A stretch of DNA of 63,815 nucleotides, filler included, from Lama guanicoe (GCA_013239625.1; 190 parts of 190 records of this genome joined end to end with filler, not necessarily neighbours in it); one strand, 5' to 3'. Counted from the whole stretch's first letter, positions 22,747 to 35,429 are shown. Notes: generated by a model from the letters alone, not told the origin. Translations and numbers: made by a program.

Positions 22747-24862
22747 NNNNNNNNNNNNNNNNNNNNNNNNNNNNNNNNNNNNNNNNNNNNTTAATTAATT
22801 AANNNNNNNNNNNNNNNNNNNNNNNNNNNNNNNNNNNNNNNNNNNNTATGGAGCAAAGAAGCACTTATGTAAGTGCAGTATAGTGTTAAAAGCACACCAG
22901 ACATAGTAAAAAAAAAAAGTGCTGCAGGAACAAGAGGAGAGAGAGATAGACTGAGAGAGTCAGACAGAAGTTCTCAGGTACGTGTGAACTGGGCTTAAAT
23001 AATTGATGTCAGTTTCCTAGGCAGGGAATTGGAAAGGGGTTCTAGATGAAGGGTCCTGGGTGTGTAGAGACTTAAAGGCACANNNNNNNNNNNNNNNNNN
23101 NNNNNNNNNNNNNNNNNNNNNNNNNNTTAATTAATTAANNNNNNNNNNNNNNNNNNNNNNNNNNNNNNNNNNNNNNNNNNNNTTGTGAAGCAGGAGATCT
23201 GAGTGCGGCATCGTCCTGGGGGCCCCCCTCCGCCCCTCCTCCTGCTCGGAGCAGATCTGCCTCCCCATGCAGGCTCAGGCAGCAGCCCCACTGGGGGGAG
23301 AACTTAGAAGAGGGGGATTTAAGGAACACACCCCAGTCACCATCAGGGGAGCAGATCTTGAGGCCACAACTGGTACTCATCCACTCCCACCTCCACTATT
23401 TATCGGGAATTTTCCCTCNNNNNNNNNNNNNNNNNNNNNNNNNNNNNNNNNNNNNNNNNNNNTTAATTAATTAANNNNNNNNNNNNNNNNNNNNNNNNNN
23501 NNNNNNNNNNNNNNNNNNTCCCAGCGTGAGTTCGTCTGCCTCGTTGACCAGGGGGCTGTGGCAGCGAGGGCCTGTAGACAGGGTGGCCATCCTTGTGCCA
23601 CAGGGTCCAGTTTTTCAGACAAATGGGCCACAGGGCACTGCCATGGCCCCACATTCTGATTCAGAACTCCAAGAGAAAGTCCCAATCTGGTCAGGGGCCC
23701 ATGTTATGGCCCACCCCTCAACATCCAGTGTGTCCCTGGGGGCTCGGCCCTGCANNNNNNNNNNNNNNNNNNNNNNNNNNNNNNNNNNNNNNNNNNNNTT
23801 AATTAATTAANNNNNNNNNNNNNNNNNNNNNNNNNNNNNNNNNNNNNNNNNNNNCATCACTTTTTGTTTCCCTTTGGCCAATCTAGGAGCTACTGGCAGT
23901 GCTATGTTGTTGGGAGTGAGACAGTTACTGGCATAGATGTATGGATGCATTGCTTGGGGATCAGGCAGGAACTCATGTGCATGATGTGTAGACACATGGA
24001 CAGTACACATATTCCTTTTCTGTATCTCTGCTCCAAGACAATGAGGATATTTAGACACTGTTTAACCCAAATGGCCCTAGAAGCAGACACNNNNNNNNNN
24101 NNNNNNNNNNNNNNNNNNNNNNNNNNNNNNNNNNTTAATTAATTAANNNNNNNNNNNNNNNNNNNNNNNNNNNNNNNNNNNNNNNNNNNNCTGGGTGGGC
24201 TGGCAGATGAGCGTCAGGGGAGTGGTGTCCCCCAGGCCCTGGTCCTCGTCCTGCCACCTCTCCAACAGGCCAGCCCCAAATGAGAGTGCCTTGGACGATG
24301 ATGCATTTAAGATGGAGTAAGAACCGTGGAATATCCAGGTGCTGCGCTCGTCAGCCTTGGTGATGTAGTTTTCAGGCAGGAGTCTGGAGCAGCCGGTGGT
24401 TAAGGATGTGCTGTAGACCCAGCCCTNNNNNNNNNNNNNNNNNNNNNNNNNNNNNNNNNNNNNNNNNNNNTTAATTAATTAANNNNNNNNNNNNNNNNNN
24501 NNNNNNNNNNNNNNNNNNNNNNNNNNAAGAACCACACCATGAATAGCATTCAAAGATAGCATTTTAAAAATATAATTACTTAAAATGCATACTTTAAAAA
24601 TGCATACTTTCATACTGCAAAAGGACTACTAAGTTTTGGAAACTTTTTTGGAGGAATAACAATGCCATAACGCATATTGACTATTTTTATTTATTATAAA
24701 GTAAACTATGGCTTTTTTTTACTGTATGTTCAAGATCAGTTCTGAAATATGAATATGTACAANNNNNNNNNNNNNNNNNNNNNNNNNNNNNNNNNNNNNN
24801 NNNNNNTTAATTAATTAANNNNNNNNNNNNNNNNNNNNNNNNNNNNNNNNNNNNNNNNNNNN

Positions 24863-25098
24863 TCCAGCTCCTTCTCGAGCCTACGTTCCCTCCGCCCCAC
24901 CCCTCTGCTGTACTCACAGCGGTCCAGGTCCCCACCTCCCGTTTTCTGTGCCGTTCACCCCCATTGGGCTTTCACTGCCCAGCTCTCCTCAAGGCCACCA
25001 GTGACCTCCAGGCTGCTCAGCCCTGCGCTCTGCCTCAGTCCTTATCTCGTTTGACTGTCAGCCGATTTGACCTGGCTGGATATTCCTCCTCTGCCTGC
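24863..25098. mobile_element. L2 relic
   Basis: 'ctctcctcaaggccaccagtgacctcca...cctcagtccttatctcgtttgactgtcagcc..tttgac' matches the L2 RT region. Confidence 0.65.
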
Positions 25099-25198
25099 NN
25101 NNNNNNNNNNNNNNNNNNNNNNNNNNNNNNNNNNNNNNNNNNTTAATTAATTAANNNNNNNNNNNNNNNNNNNNNNNNNNNNNNNNNNNNNNNNNNNN

Positions 25199-25434
25199 GG
25201 GTAAATTCCTTGAAAGAGAGAAATTATAGAAGCTCAATTAAGAAAGAGCACATAAGCTAATAAGCCCTATATCTTAAAAACCAAAACGGAAGTCCTATTT
25301 AAAGACCTGACCACAAAGACAATTCCAGTCCCAATGGCTACACTGGTGAATTCTACCCAATATTTTAGGAAAATTTAATACCAACTCTACACAAATTCTC
25401 CTCAAAAAATGAAGAGGAAGAAATATGTCCTCAT
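25199..25434 (+). mobile_element. LINE-1 ORF2 fragment
   Basis: 'ccagtcccaatggctacactggtgaattctacccaatatttt..gaaaatttaataccaactctacacaaa' is the decayed PGPDGFTGEFYQTFKEELIPIL region. Confidence 0.82.
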
Positions 25435-25534
25435 NNNNNNNNNNNNNNNNNNNNNNNNNNNNNNNNNNNNNNNNNNNNTTAATTAATTAANNNNNNNNNN
25501 NNNNNNNNNNNNNNNNNNNNNNNNNNNNNNNNNN

Positions 25535-25770
25535 ATGGAACGACATGGTGGAATCTTAAATGCATATTATTAAGTGAAAGGAACCAATGTGAAAAGGGTA
25601 CATACTGTATAATTCCAACATTAGGACAAATGATTTTTTCCATCTTGAAAAAGGCGAAACTATGAAATGTTTGCTGAACGAAAAGGAGCATGAATAAGCA
25701 GAGCACAGAGAATTTTCAGGGCAGTGAAAATATTCTGCAGGAAATTATAAGGGTGGATATATGTCATTAT
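25535..25770 (+). mobile_element. Old L1M 3' UTR fragment
   Basis: 'aatcttaaatgcatattattaagtgaaaggaaccaatgtgaaaagggtacatactgtataattccaac'. Confidence 0.8.
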
Positions 25771-26542
25771 NNNNNNNNNNNNNNNNNNNNNNNNNNNNNN
25801 NNNNNNNNNNNNNNTTAATTAATTAANNNNNNNNNNNNNNNNNNNNNNNNNNNNNNNNNNNNNNNNNNNNCAAGAGTCGGCTCTGGCATGAGGTGCTTTG
25901 CCTAAAAATACTCCTTTTCACTCTCACCGTTGGTGCTTAGTTTGGTAAACTGGAGAGGTAAACCAGTGACCTGCATGGGTACCTGAAGCCCGGCTGTTCC
26001 CCAGGGTGTGTCTCCGGCTGCCCTTGACTTCCTCCGGCAGTGCCTGTTCCAGCGAACGAGCAGCGAGTGAGCGGATCCTGTTGGCTGCAGATGAGCCAGC
26101 TGTTTTNNNNNNNNNNNNNNNNNNNNNNNNNNNNNNNNNNNNNNNNNNNNTTAATTAATTAANNNNNNNNNNNNNNNNNNNNNNNNNNNNNNNNNNNNNN
26201 NNNNNNCCCAGCTCTTTCCTCTTTATCATCCACCAATGACTTGTCTTCTTTAAAGAGAATGTTTATTCAATAATTAGAGCTATGTTTCTTCCTTCTACCA
26301 TTATCAATTAAAAATAAAAACATTAAAATGTACTAGAAATGAAAAAGGATAAAAACTGATTAACCCACAGTATCTGGTAATTGTTACTCACTGAGTGATA
26401 CTCACTTAGTGACAACCTAATAACATCAGTATCCTTCAAAGANNNNNNNNNNNNNNNNNNNNNNNNNNNNNNNNNNNNNNNNNNNNTTAATTAATTAANN
26501 NNNNNNNNNNNNNNNNNNNNNNNNNNNNNNNNNNNNNNNNNN

Positions 26543-26778
26543 TCTCTTTCCTAGCTTCTGGTGGTTGCCACAGTCTTTGGCATTCCTTGGCTTATAGCCA
26601 CATAACTTCAGTCTCTTTCTCCATCATCATATGATAATCTTCTCTTTATGGGTCTGTGTCTTCGCAAAGCATTCTCCTTCCTCTGTGTCTGTGTCCTTCT
26701 CCTTTTCTTTTAAGAATAGCACTTATAATGGATTAGGGAACACCCTAATGGCCCATCTTAATTTGATTACATCTACAA
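26543..26778 (-). mobile_element. MLT1 (MaLR) LTR fragment
   Basis: 'ctagcttctggtggttgcc...cattccttggcttatagc...ataacttcagtctct...ggattaggg.acaccctaatg..ccatcttaatttgattacatct'. Confidence 0.85.
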
Positions 26779-26878
26779 NNNNNNNNNNNNNNNNNNNNNN
26801 NNNNNNNNNNNNNNNNNNNNNNTTAATTAATTAANNNNNNNNNNNNNNNNNNNNNNNNNNNNNNNNNNNNNNNNNNNN

Positions 26879-27114
26879 ATTATTGCAAGCCTACTATGTG
26901 TTGGGCACTTTTGTAGGCCCAGGGGAGTCAGCAGTGAACAACAAAAAGACAAACAGTCTACCTACCTTTTGTGGAATTGTATTCTAGTGGGAGGACATAG
27001 ACAATAAACAATAAGTACAATACATGTGTACATGATAGTATGTATTAGAAATTGATAAATGCTTGAACAAAAAAGAGCCAGATAATGAGGATGGTAAGAG
27101 TGGGTGGAGAGAAA
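26879..27114. mobile_element. L2 3' end fragment
   Basis: 'ttattgcaagcctactatgtgttgggcactttt...gcagtgaacaa...attctagtggg..agacaataaacaa'. Confidence 0.75.
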
Positions 27115-27550
27115 NNNNNNNNNNNNNNNNNNNNNNNNNNNNNNNNNNNNNNNNNNNNTTAATTAATTAANNNNNNNNNNNNNNNNNNNNNNNNNNNNNN
27201 NNNNNNNNNNNNNNCTTTGTCCTAAGATTCACTTAAACGTAGTCCTGGAAGACGTGGAGAGAGGAGGTACTCTGCTTTCCACATGCAGTTACGAGTATAT
27301 AAACCCCCAAATCTGAAACTGAAAGTTATACATCCTAGCAGTAAACAGAATAATGCTTCTTGCTACTTCAATAAACACTATCAAGAAGAGCTTTACAGAG
27401 CGAATGAACAAACATATTAACAACATTAATTGTGGTGATTAATAGGTATTNNNNNNNNNNNNNNNNNNNNNNNNNNNNNNNNNNNNNNNNNNNNTTAATT
27501 AATTAANNNNNNNNNNNNNNNNNNNNNNNNNNNNNNNNNNNNNNNNNNNN

Positions 27551-27786
27551 ACTGGGCTACTATGCATACTAATGCCCTTGTCACTGTTGCTGACAAACTC
27601 TCTAAAACTTTACAGGAATGAGAGAAAGAAAGAATCACCAAGCCAATGCATGCACAGCCGTTTAGCGACCCTCCAAAACTAACCTGCTCAAATTCCAGCT
27701 AAATTTAAAATGACTGCGCCGGATTTTATTGCAAGGCATCCGGACATTTTAAAAGAGATTGTCACAAATTCAAGCAAGATTTAAAA
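27551..27786 (+). mobile_element. Decayed class I ERV gag C-terminus with a zinc knuckle
   Basis: One frame from 27553 reads WATMHTNALVTVADKLSKTLQE*EKERITK... with several stops, then GFYCKASGHFKRDCHKFK (27721-27774). This is CX2CX4HX4C with the first Cys lost. Confidence 0.7.
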
Positions 27787-27886
27787 NNNNNNNNNNNNNN
27801 NNNNNNNNNNNNNNNNNNNNNNNNNNNNNNTTAATTAATTAANNNNNNNNNNNNNNNNNNNNNNNNNNNNNNNNNNNNNNNNNNNN

Positions 27887-28122
27887 CTGATGATTAGTGA
27901 TGTTGAATATCTATTTATGTGCTTTTTGGCCATTTGTATGTCTTTTTTGGAGAAAAGCCTACTCCAATCCTTTGTCCATTTTAAACTTGGATTATTTGTT
28001 TTTTTTTTGTTGAGTTGTGGGAGTTCTTTATATGTTCTGAATATTAACCCCTTATCAGATACCTGATTTGCAGTTAGCTCCTCCCATTCTCTAGGTTATC
28101 TTTTCATGCTGTTGGTTGTTTC
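27887..28122 (-). mobile_element. LINE-1 ORF2 fragment
   Basis: 'tgatgattagtgatgttgaa...ttggccatttgtatgtcttttttggagaaa...attaaccccttatcagata'. Confidence 0.88.
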
Positions 28123-30238
28123 NNNNNNNNNNNNNNNNNNNNNNNNNNNNNNNNNNNNNNNNNNNNTTAATTAATTAANNNNNNNNNNNNNNNNNNNNNN
28201 NNNNNNNNNNNNNNNNNNNNNNGAGCCCAGCCTTACTTCATGGAAACATCCGAGCAAGGGACAGGAACACTTGGTTCTTTCCTGGGTTTTAACCAGCTAC
28301 TTACCTAAGAGAAGCCAACATCAGGAAGATGAAGACTTGCACAGACATCAGTGAAGCCAGAGACACCACATGACCTAACATATAGGCGAGGCTACCACTC
28401 TGTTTGCTCGGGCAAAGAAAGGCCAGGGACACTGTCCAAAAGGAACAGTTAGATCACTNNNNNNNNNNNNNNNNNNNNNNNNNNNNNNNNNNNNNNNNNN
28501 NNTTAATTAATTAANNNNNNNNNNNNNNNNNNNNNNNNNNNNNNNNNNNNNNNNNNNNTAGAAATAAAGATATATGTTGCTAATATTGACTCAAGAAGAG
28601 GCAGCATTTTGAAGAATCAGGAAAAATATATCAAAAACGCTGCTCCTAAAAACATATGAAGCACAGGTCATTTTACAGACAAATTTAAGCTAACATGCAG
28701 CTAACAGATAACTCCTAGACATTTAAAATCATTTTCAAGCATTTAAAATATTTCAATCTTTTTTTAAACATTTTTATTGAGTTATAGTCATTTTNNNNNN
28801 NNNNNNNNNNNNNNNNNNNNNNNNNNNNNNNNNNNNNNTTAATTAATTAANNNNNNNNNNNNNNNNNNNNNNNNNNNNNNNNNNNNNNNNNNNNATTTCC
28901 TTCACTATATATATATATAAAATCATATTTTCTTTATTCATTCATCCATCGATGGGCATTAGATTGTTTCCGTATCTTGATTACTATAAATAATACTGTA
29001 AACAATATGGGGGTGCAGACATCTTTTGTGTTTTCATTTTATTCAGGTAAATATCCAGAAGAGGAATGGCTGTATCAAATTCTAGCTCTATTTTTACACC
29101 ACGATTTATTTACCCATTTTCATATCAGTGNNNNNNNNNNNNNNNNNNNNNNNNNNNNNNNNNNNNNNNNNNNNTTAATTAATTAANNNNNNNNNNNNNN
29201 NNNNNNNNNNNNNNNNNNNNNNNNNNNNNNCACTAGGAAACAGTCTGAGAAACCAGATTCAGTGTTTCCCCTGCAACCCGTTCCCTTTGTGCTCGATGAA
29301 CTAACGTCTCTCCAATTGTTCAGTTCTGAGAGATAAGTGTGTTGAAAGCCGACCTTCAGCTTGCTTGCAGGGAACAAAAAGTTTCTTTTCAGATGCAAAC
29401 TAAACTCCATTCATATTTATGGGGAAGTACAAGCTCCAACTCGGTTTTATAGTGAAAACGGCAGGCNNNNNNNNNNNNNNNNNNNNNNNNNNNNNNNNNN
29501 NNNNNNNNNNTTAATTAATTAANNNNNNNNNNNNNNNNNNNNNNNNNNNNNNNNNNNNNNNNNNNNAGAACACAGACTTCTCTTCAAAAAGCGTGTTCAG
29601 AGTAAACGCTGGCACTGGGAGGTGGGGAGGCCTGGGGGGTCTCTGGGTGCCACCTCCACCACGGCATCATCTTGGTGTCACACACACTCATCACCATGCC
29701 CGCTGTCACTCAACCATTGGTCAGTCCATCTGAACCCAAAGACTTCAGCAGTGACAGACCTGCTCTGACAAAACAAGACGTTGTTCAAACAATTCTAGTT
29801 AANNNNNNNNNNNNNNNNNNNNNNNNNNNNNNNNNNNNNNNNNNNNTTAATTAATTAANNNNNNNNNNNNNNNNNNNNNNNNNNNNNNNNNNNNNNNNNN
29901 NNAAGTCCCACAGCCAGCTGAGGGCAACATTCTCCCAGCTGGATCCCCCCCGACAGATGTCACCTGGAGGCAGTTTCCAGTGTCCGTGCTATACCTGCCT
30001 TCCTGCGTGGGGCCTGGAGAAAGCGTGGGGGGAGGGGCCCCGGGCTACTGCCCTCTGCCCTGACTCACTGAGGAGGGGCCAAGGCAGCCAGGCCTAGGAA
30101 AGGGACATGCTTCTGACACTTCCATGTGACCTTGGGCTNNNNNNNNNNNNNNNNNNNNNNNNNNNNNNNNNNNNNNNNNNNNTTAATTAATTAANNNNNN
30201 NNNNNNNNNNNNNNNNNNNNNNNNNNNNNNNNNNNNNN

Positions 30239-30474
30239 AGCTAGCTAAACATACAACTACTAAACAATGTAACAATTACATTCATAAGTATTTATGTTCA
30301 TTTATGTTTACACAAAAACCTGAACAAATATTTACTGCAGTCTTATTCGTAATAACCCAAAACTGGAAATAATTCAGATATCTTTCAATAGGTGAATGGC
30401 TAACCAACTACAGTGCCTCAATATTGTGGAATACTATTCAGCAATAAAAAGAACTAGCTACTGATACATGCAAC
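30239..30474 (+). mobile_element. Old L1M ORF2 end / 3' UTR fragment
   Basis: 'ttattcgtaataacccaaaactggaaa...ggaatactattcagcaataaaaag..ctactgatacatgcaac'. Confidence 0.8.
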
Positions 30475-31246
30475 NNNNNNNNNNNNNNNNNNNNNNNNNN
30501 NNNNNNNNNNNNNNNNNNTTAATTAATTAANNNNNNNNNNNNNNNNNNNNNNNNNNNNNNNNNNNNNNNNNNNNTTTTGCTAATGATCTCTGTTAATGGA
30601 AAGCCAGCAGGGGTGGGTGGGTGGGGTTGGTTCTCAGACTTCTTTGAGGAGCACATGGGGGCAAGGGAGACCACTGTGGCTGCTGTCCATGGTGTGGAAG
30701 ATGCTGTGATGGACACAGAATTGGTAAAGCGGGCAGAACAAGGGAGGCTGCTTTGTTCCCAGTAGGGCTTGCCAGGGCTAGATTGATCCCAGCTTTATAA
30801 ACCTCCACAGNNNNNNNNNNNNNNNNNNNNNNNNNNNNNNNNNNNNNNNNNNNNTTAATTAATTAANNNNNNNNNNNNNNNNNNNNNNNNNNNNNNNNNN
30901 NNNNNNNNNNGAGCCACCTCTGACCATCGCCTAACGTAAGGTTCAATTACTTAAACTAACAATAATAACGTCTCACTTTTGAAGCGGTCAGATCTCGAGT
31001 TTCTTCAAGCAGAAACTGGCCTCTCAGAGAGCTCAGCGGGCAGGCATCCTGAACACGTCGCTTAAGCACATCGGTGAGTCGGCGATGAGGACTCCTAGGA
31101 CTTACTCTCTGGACAACTGCCATGTATTCAATCTGCAGCAGGTTTANNNNNNNNNNNNNNNNNNNNNNNNNNNNNNNNNNNNNNNNNNNNTTAATTAATT
31201 AANNNNNNNNNNNNNNNNNNNNNNNNNNNNNNNNNNNNNNNNNNNN

Positions 31247-31482
31247 GTGGGTGCTGACCGCGGCACACTGCATCGGACCGTGAGTCTCCCCAGGGCCTGG
31301 ATGTGGGGGCGGGCCTGGGGGTATGCCTGGGGCTCCAGCCACGCTCCTGTGTATCCCAGAGGCTGCTCAGCCCCTGAGTACATGCCTCTCTCCCCAGGGA
31401 AATGGTATACCCCCGCATGGTTCAGGGTGCAGCTGCGGGAGCAGCACCTCTACTACCAGGACAGGCTGCTGCCAGTCAGCCG
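31247..31482 (+). pseudogene. TPSB2: Mast-cell tryptase gene fragment (two partial exons plus a 118-nt intron) with an apparent +1 frameshift; null allele, pseudogene or consensus error
   Basis: Exon part 31247-31279 encodes WVLTAAHCIG(P), including the catalytic His. Donor GTGAGT at 31280 and acceptor ctctctccccAG ending at 31397. Downstream is the tryptase-specific FRVQLREQHLYYQDRLLPVS (31421-31480). There are 22 nt rather than 21 between the split Pro codon and FRVQ. The exact TPSAB1/TPSB2 orthology cannot be resolved. Confidence 0.88.
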
Positions 31483-33598
31483 NNNNNNNNNNNNNNNNNN
31501 NNNNNNNNNNNNNNNNNNNNNNNNNNTTAATTAATTAANNNNNNNNNNNNNNNNNNNNNNNNNNNNNNNNNNNNNNNNNNNNGGCAGGGGGAGGAGAGGA
31601 GGAAGGAGAGGTAAGTTAGAGTAATTTCTTCAGGTGGTGACTGAAAACCCAATTAACATGAAAAATATATTCACCTGTTACTAATTTTTGGATACACTTT
31701 TTTAAAATTTTAACATTTCTGAAATCATGAAAGGTCATACAATTACAATAATAAATATTACTTCTTTCTTAACATAAAGTAATAGTGTGTCTTACAATGA
31801 TGTGTGCCATAGACTCAANNNNNNNNNNNNNNNNNNNNNNNNNNNNNNNNNNNNNNNNNNNNTTAATTAATTAANNNNNNNNNNNNNNNNNNNNNNNNNN
31901 NNNNNNNNNNNNNNNNNNTTTACCCTCACTTAAAAAATCAAGTGATTTTCAACAAAGGTGCCAAAACCATTCCATCAGAAAAAGAAAATCTTTTCAATGA
32001 ATTACACTGCAACAACCAGATAATAATTTCGGGGAAAATAAAAGAATCTCAATTCCTGCCTCTTGAATCACAGACATAAATGTACAAGCTAAAACTACAA
32101 AGCCTCTAAAAGAAAACAGAAGATAAAATATTTGTAAATTCCTAAGTAGGACACNNNNNNNNNNNNNNNNNNNNNNNNNNNNNNNNNNNNNNNNNNNNTT
32201 AATTAATTAANNNNNNNNNNNNNNNNNNNNNNNNNNNNNNNNNNNNNNNNNNNNATGTAGAAAAAGAAGATAGTTTAGAATTAGAATTTCCAATAAGTGA
32301 ATAACCGGAATTACGGTATGCCCCAATCCTGGAGGTTTTCAAGTAAAATAATCCATCAAAAGCAGTAGAGCTACACATGCCAGCTGTATTCTGGCCACTG
32401 CACTACATGCTTTATCTAGATTATCAACCATAATCTTCTCCCTGACCTTATGAGATGATATATTATATGAAAATGAAGACTTAGACTACCNNNNNNNNNN
32501 NNNNNNNNNNNNNNNNNNNNNNNNNNNNNNNNNNTTAATTAATTAANNNNNNNNNNNNNNNNNNNNNNNNNNNNNNNNNNNNNNNNNNNNTTCTTACCTG
32601 TTCTCCATCCTGGATAAGTCATGGTGTCTGTCCAGGCCTGTCTGTCTGCCCCCCTGCACAGTGGGGGTGATTCTAGCAGGTACTTCCAGGGACATCCTCA
32701 GGCGTGTGTGGACTAAGGCCTGAAGAATGGGGGAGTGGTGTCTCATGTGGGTGATGCCTCCAACACCCTTTTTCTTCCTTTTACTAACTCCCCTGTGCAT
32801 GTTTTTCTCTTGTTCCACCTCATAGCNNNNNNNNNNNNNNNNNNNNNNNNNNNNNNNNNNNNNNNNNNNNTTAATTAATTAANNNNNNNNNNNNNNNNNN
32901 NNNNNNNNNNNNNNNNNNNNNNNNNNTGGACCCGTCTCTTAGTCCTCTGCTCCCCCTTCACCACTGTTCTCTTCCACTGTTCTGCAGGTGTCTTAGAAGG
33001 CTGATGCGAGTTCTTCAAAGCTTTTGATGATTGAGTGCCTCGAATTTTAGGCTAGTAGATTCCTCAATTTTCAAAAACTATGGAGGAAATATTTTTTGTT
33101 CTCATTACTGTTTTCTGACTAACAAACAAAGATGAAGTGACGGATTTAACAAGTCATGGTGTNNNNNNNNNNNNNNNNNNNNNNNNNNNNNNNNNNNNNN
33201 NNNNNNTTAATTAATTAANNNNNNNNNNNNNNNNNNNNNNNNNNNNNNNNNNNNNNNNNNNNGCGATGAGAGCCAAGGCAGGCTGGAGGGCTATAAGGAG
33301 GAGTGGGGAGCGTGGCAAACAAGACAAAGGCAGCAAAGAAAACTCCACTCCCGACTATTCAGGAACAGTTTAGGAAGATGTGCCCAGTGCTGTTAGATCT
33401 GCCAAGTTTACAGGAAAGTTGAAAATACAGATTTTTAACATTAAAATATCCTGTTTTTTTAAAGTTGGTTTACAATTCATTAAAATATTGTGAAAGACNN
33501 NNNNNNNNNNNNNNNNNNNNNNNNNNNNNNNNNNNNNNNNNNTTAATTAATTAANNNNNNNNNNNNNNNNNNNNNNNNNNNNNNNNNNNNNNNNNNNN

Positions 33599-33834
33599 TT
33601 TGTAAAGGGCCCATGGTAGGCAGACTTCTAAGATCCCCAGTGATCACCGTCTCCTTGTATTCACAGCCATGTGTGGGCTTGATCTGATAATGAATTTCAT
33701 ACAGTAAAGAGAGGATACCACTTCCACAATTAGGTTACAAAACATTTCATCTTCCTGGCAGACTCTATTGCCTTCTCAGCTTGCATGCTTTGATGAAGCG
33801 AGCTGCCATGCAGATGGCAAGGAACTGAGGGGGA
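33599..33834 (+). mobile_element. MLT1-family LTR fragment
   Basis: 'tggtaggcagacttctaagatcccc...ttaggttacaaaac...gctttgatgaagcgagctgccatg..atggcaaggaactgaggg'. Confidence 0.7.
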
Positions 33835-35429
33835 NNNNNNNNNNNNNNNNNNNNNNNNNNNNNNNNNNNNNNNNNNNNTTAATTAATTAANNNNNNNNNN
33901 NNNNNNNNNNNNNNNNNNNNNNNNNNNNNNNNNNCAGACAAGAAAAGATCTCACTCCATTGCTCAGAAGAGCAGTGGAAGGCAAGAACTTGATGGGATTG
34001 GGACGTGAGAAATAGTCAGACTGCAATAATAACACCTAGTCGTCATCCGGTGTTCACTACAAACCAGAAACTGTCCTAACAATATTCTTATTTAATCTGA
34101 CGTTTTTCTGAACTTACAGATGAGGAACTGAGGCTCAGTGAGGTATTGGGACTTCCCTGATGTCACACACNNNNNNNNNNNNNNNNNNNNNNNNNNNNNN
34201 NNNNNNNNNNNNNNTTAATTAATTAANNNNNNNNNNNNNNNNNNNNNNNNNNNNNNNNNNNNNNNNNNNNAAATGTGTCTGGGAGAATGGTTTAAGCAAA
34301 ACGCTCTCCTCTCACACTCGAGCTGCAGGCTGGCTGAACGTGGCCGACTCCTCCTCCTCTGCGGCTGGGACTTGGGGTGAGAAGAGCAGCAACGACCGAG
34401 TTAATTAGTCGTCTCAGATTTCTGAAGGGCACCTCTGTGCTCAGTGTCTGGGGGTCGTGGTGGCAGACTTGCTCCTGGTGTGGAGGGACCCCCAGCCCCA
34501 GGGAGGNNNNNNNNNNNNNNNNNNNNNNNNNNNNNNNNNNNNNNNNNNNNTTAATTAATTAANNNNNNNNNNNNNNNNNNNNNNNNNNNNNNNNNNNNNN
34601 NNNNNNGAGCCCAATTTCATTCTTTCCCATATCAAGGAAATTTTAAGTTGTTTAATCCAAATCCTTTTACAAACAAGAAAACAGGCTTGGGGAAGTGAGG
34701 GGACAAAAGAAATTTTTGGCTGAAACAAGATTGAGGCGGTCAAAGCCTGACCCCTGTCTACTACATCACTCTGACTGCTCTTACTGCCCAGGGTCAGAGG
34801 CCTTTGCCTGAGTCGCAGAGCAAAGAGCAGTGATCGTGTAATNNNNNNNNNNNNNNNNNNNNNNNNNNNNNNNNNNNNNNNNNNNNTTAATTAATTAANN
34901 NNNNNNNNNNNNNNNNNNNNNNNNNNNNNNNNNNNNNNNNNNTCATAGCTAATTTATTTTTGTGTCCTCAAGCCTGGTATCAAAAATGACACAGTATCAA
35001 TACACAGCCATTAGCCATGAGCAGGATAACTGACTTAGTGAACGAGGAGTCGGGAGCCTTGAGAAGTCTGAGTTCAGGAGGCTGTAATTTGAAGTTTCTA
35101 TACTCATTCTTCCATTTTCCTACCATGGTTTGCTTGACATTTTCAAGTTTTTATTTTTGATTATCTACTTATGTTTGCNNNNNNNNNNNNNNNNNNNNNN
35201 NNNNNNNNNNNNNNNNNNNNNNTTAATTAATTAANNNNNNNNNNNNNNNNNNNNNNNNNNNNNNNNNNNNNNNNNNNNCCTCACACTACAAGACATGGTT
35301 CTAGTTGCAGGTCTAATCTAAGCCACATGGAGGGACCACACAACTCCGCAGCCCACAGCCGCATCCTTCCGCACCGAGCCCCTTCCCCCAGCACATGGCA
35401 GGACGTGATGACCACCCTACACGTCATAC

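Noticed and set aside
23519..23754. A frame open across the whole contig
   Set aside because: GC-rich sequence with several open frames on both strands and no recognisable motif.
30985..31073. An 89-nt exon-like segment (branch-like ACTAAC, AAG acceptor, GTGAGT donor)
   Set aside because: The peptide GQISSFFKQKLASQRAQRAGILNTSLKHI is unrecognised, and such splice-like pairs are common by chance.
32598..32653. A 56-nt minus-strand exon-like segment with a CAG|GTAAGA donor
   Set aside because: The acceptor is weak and the product is not identifiable.
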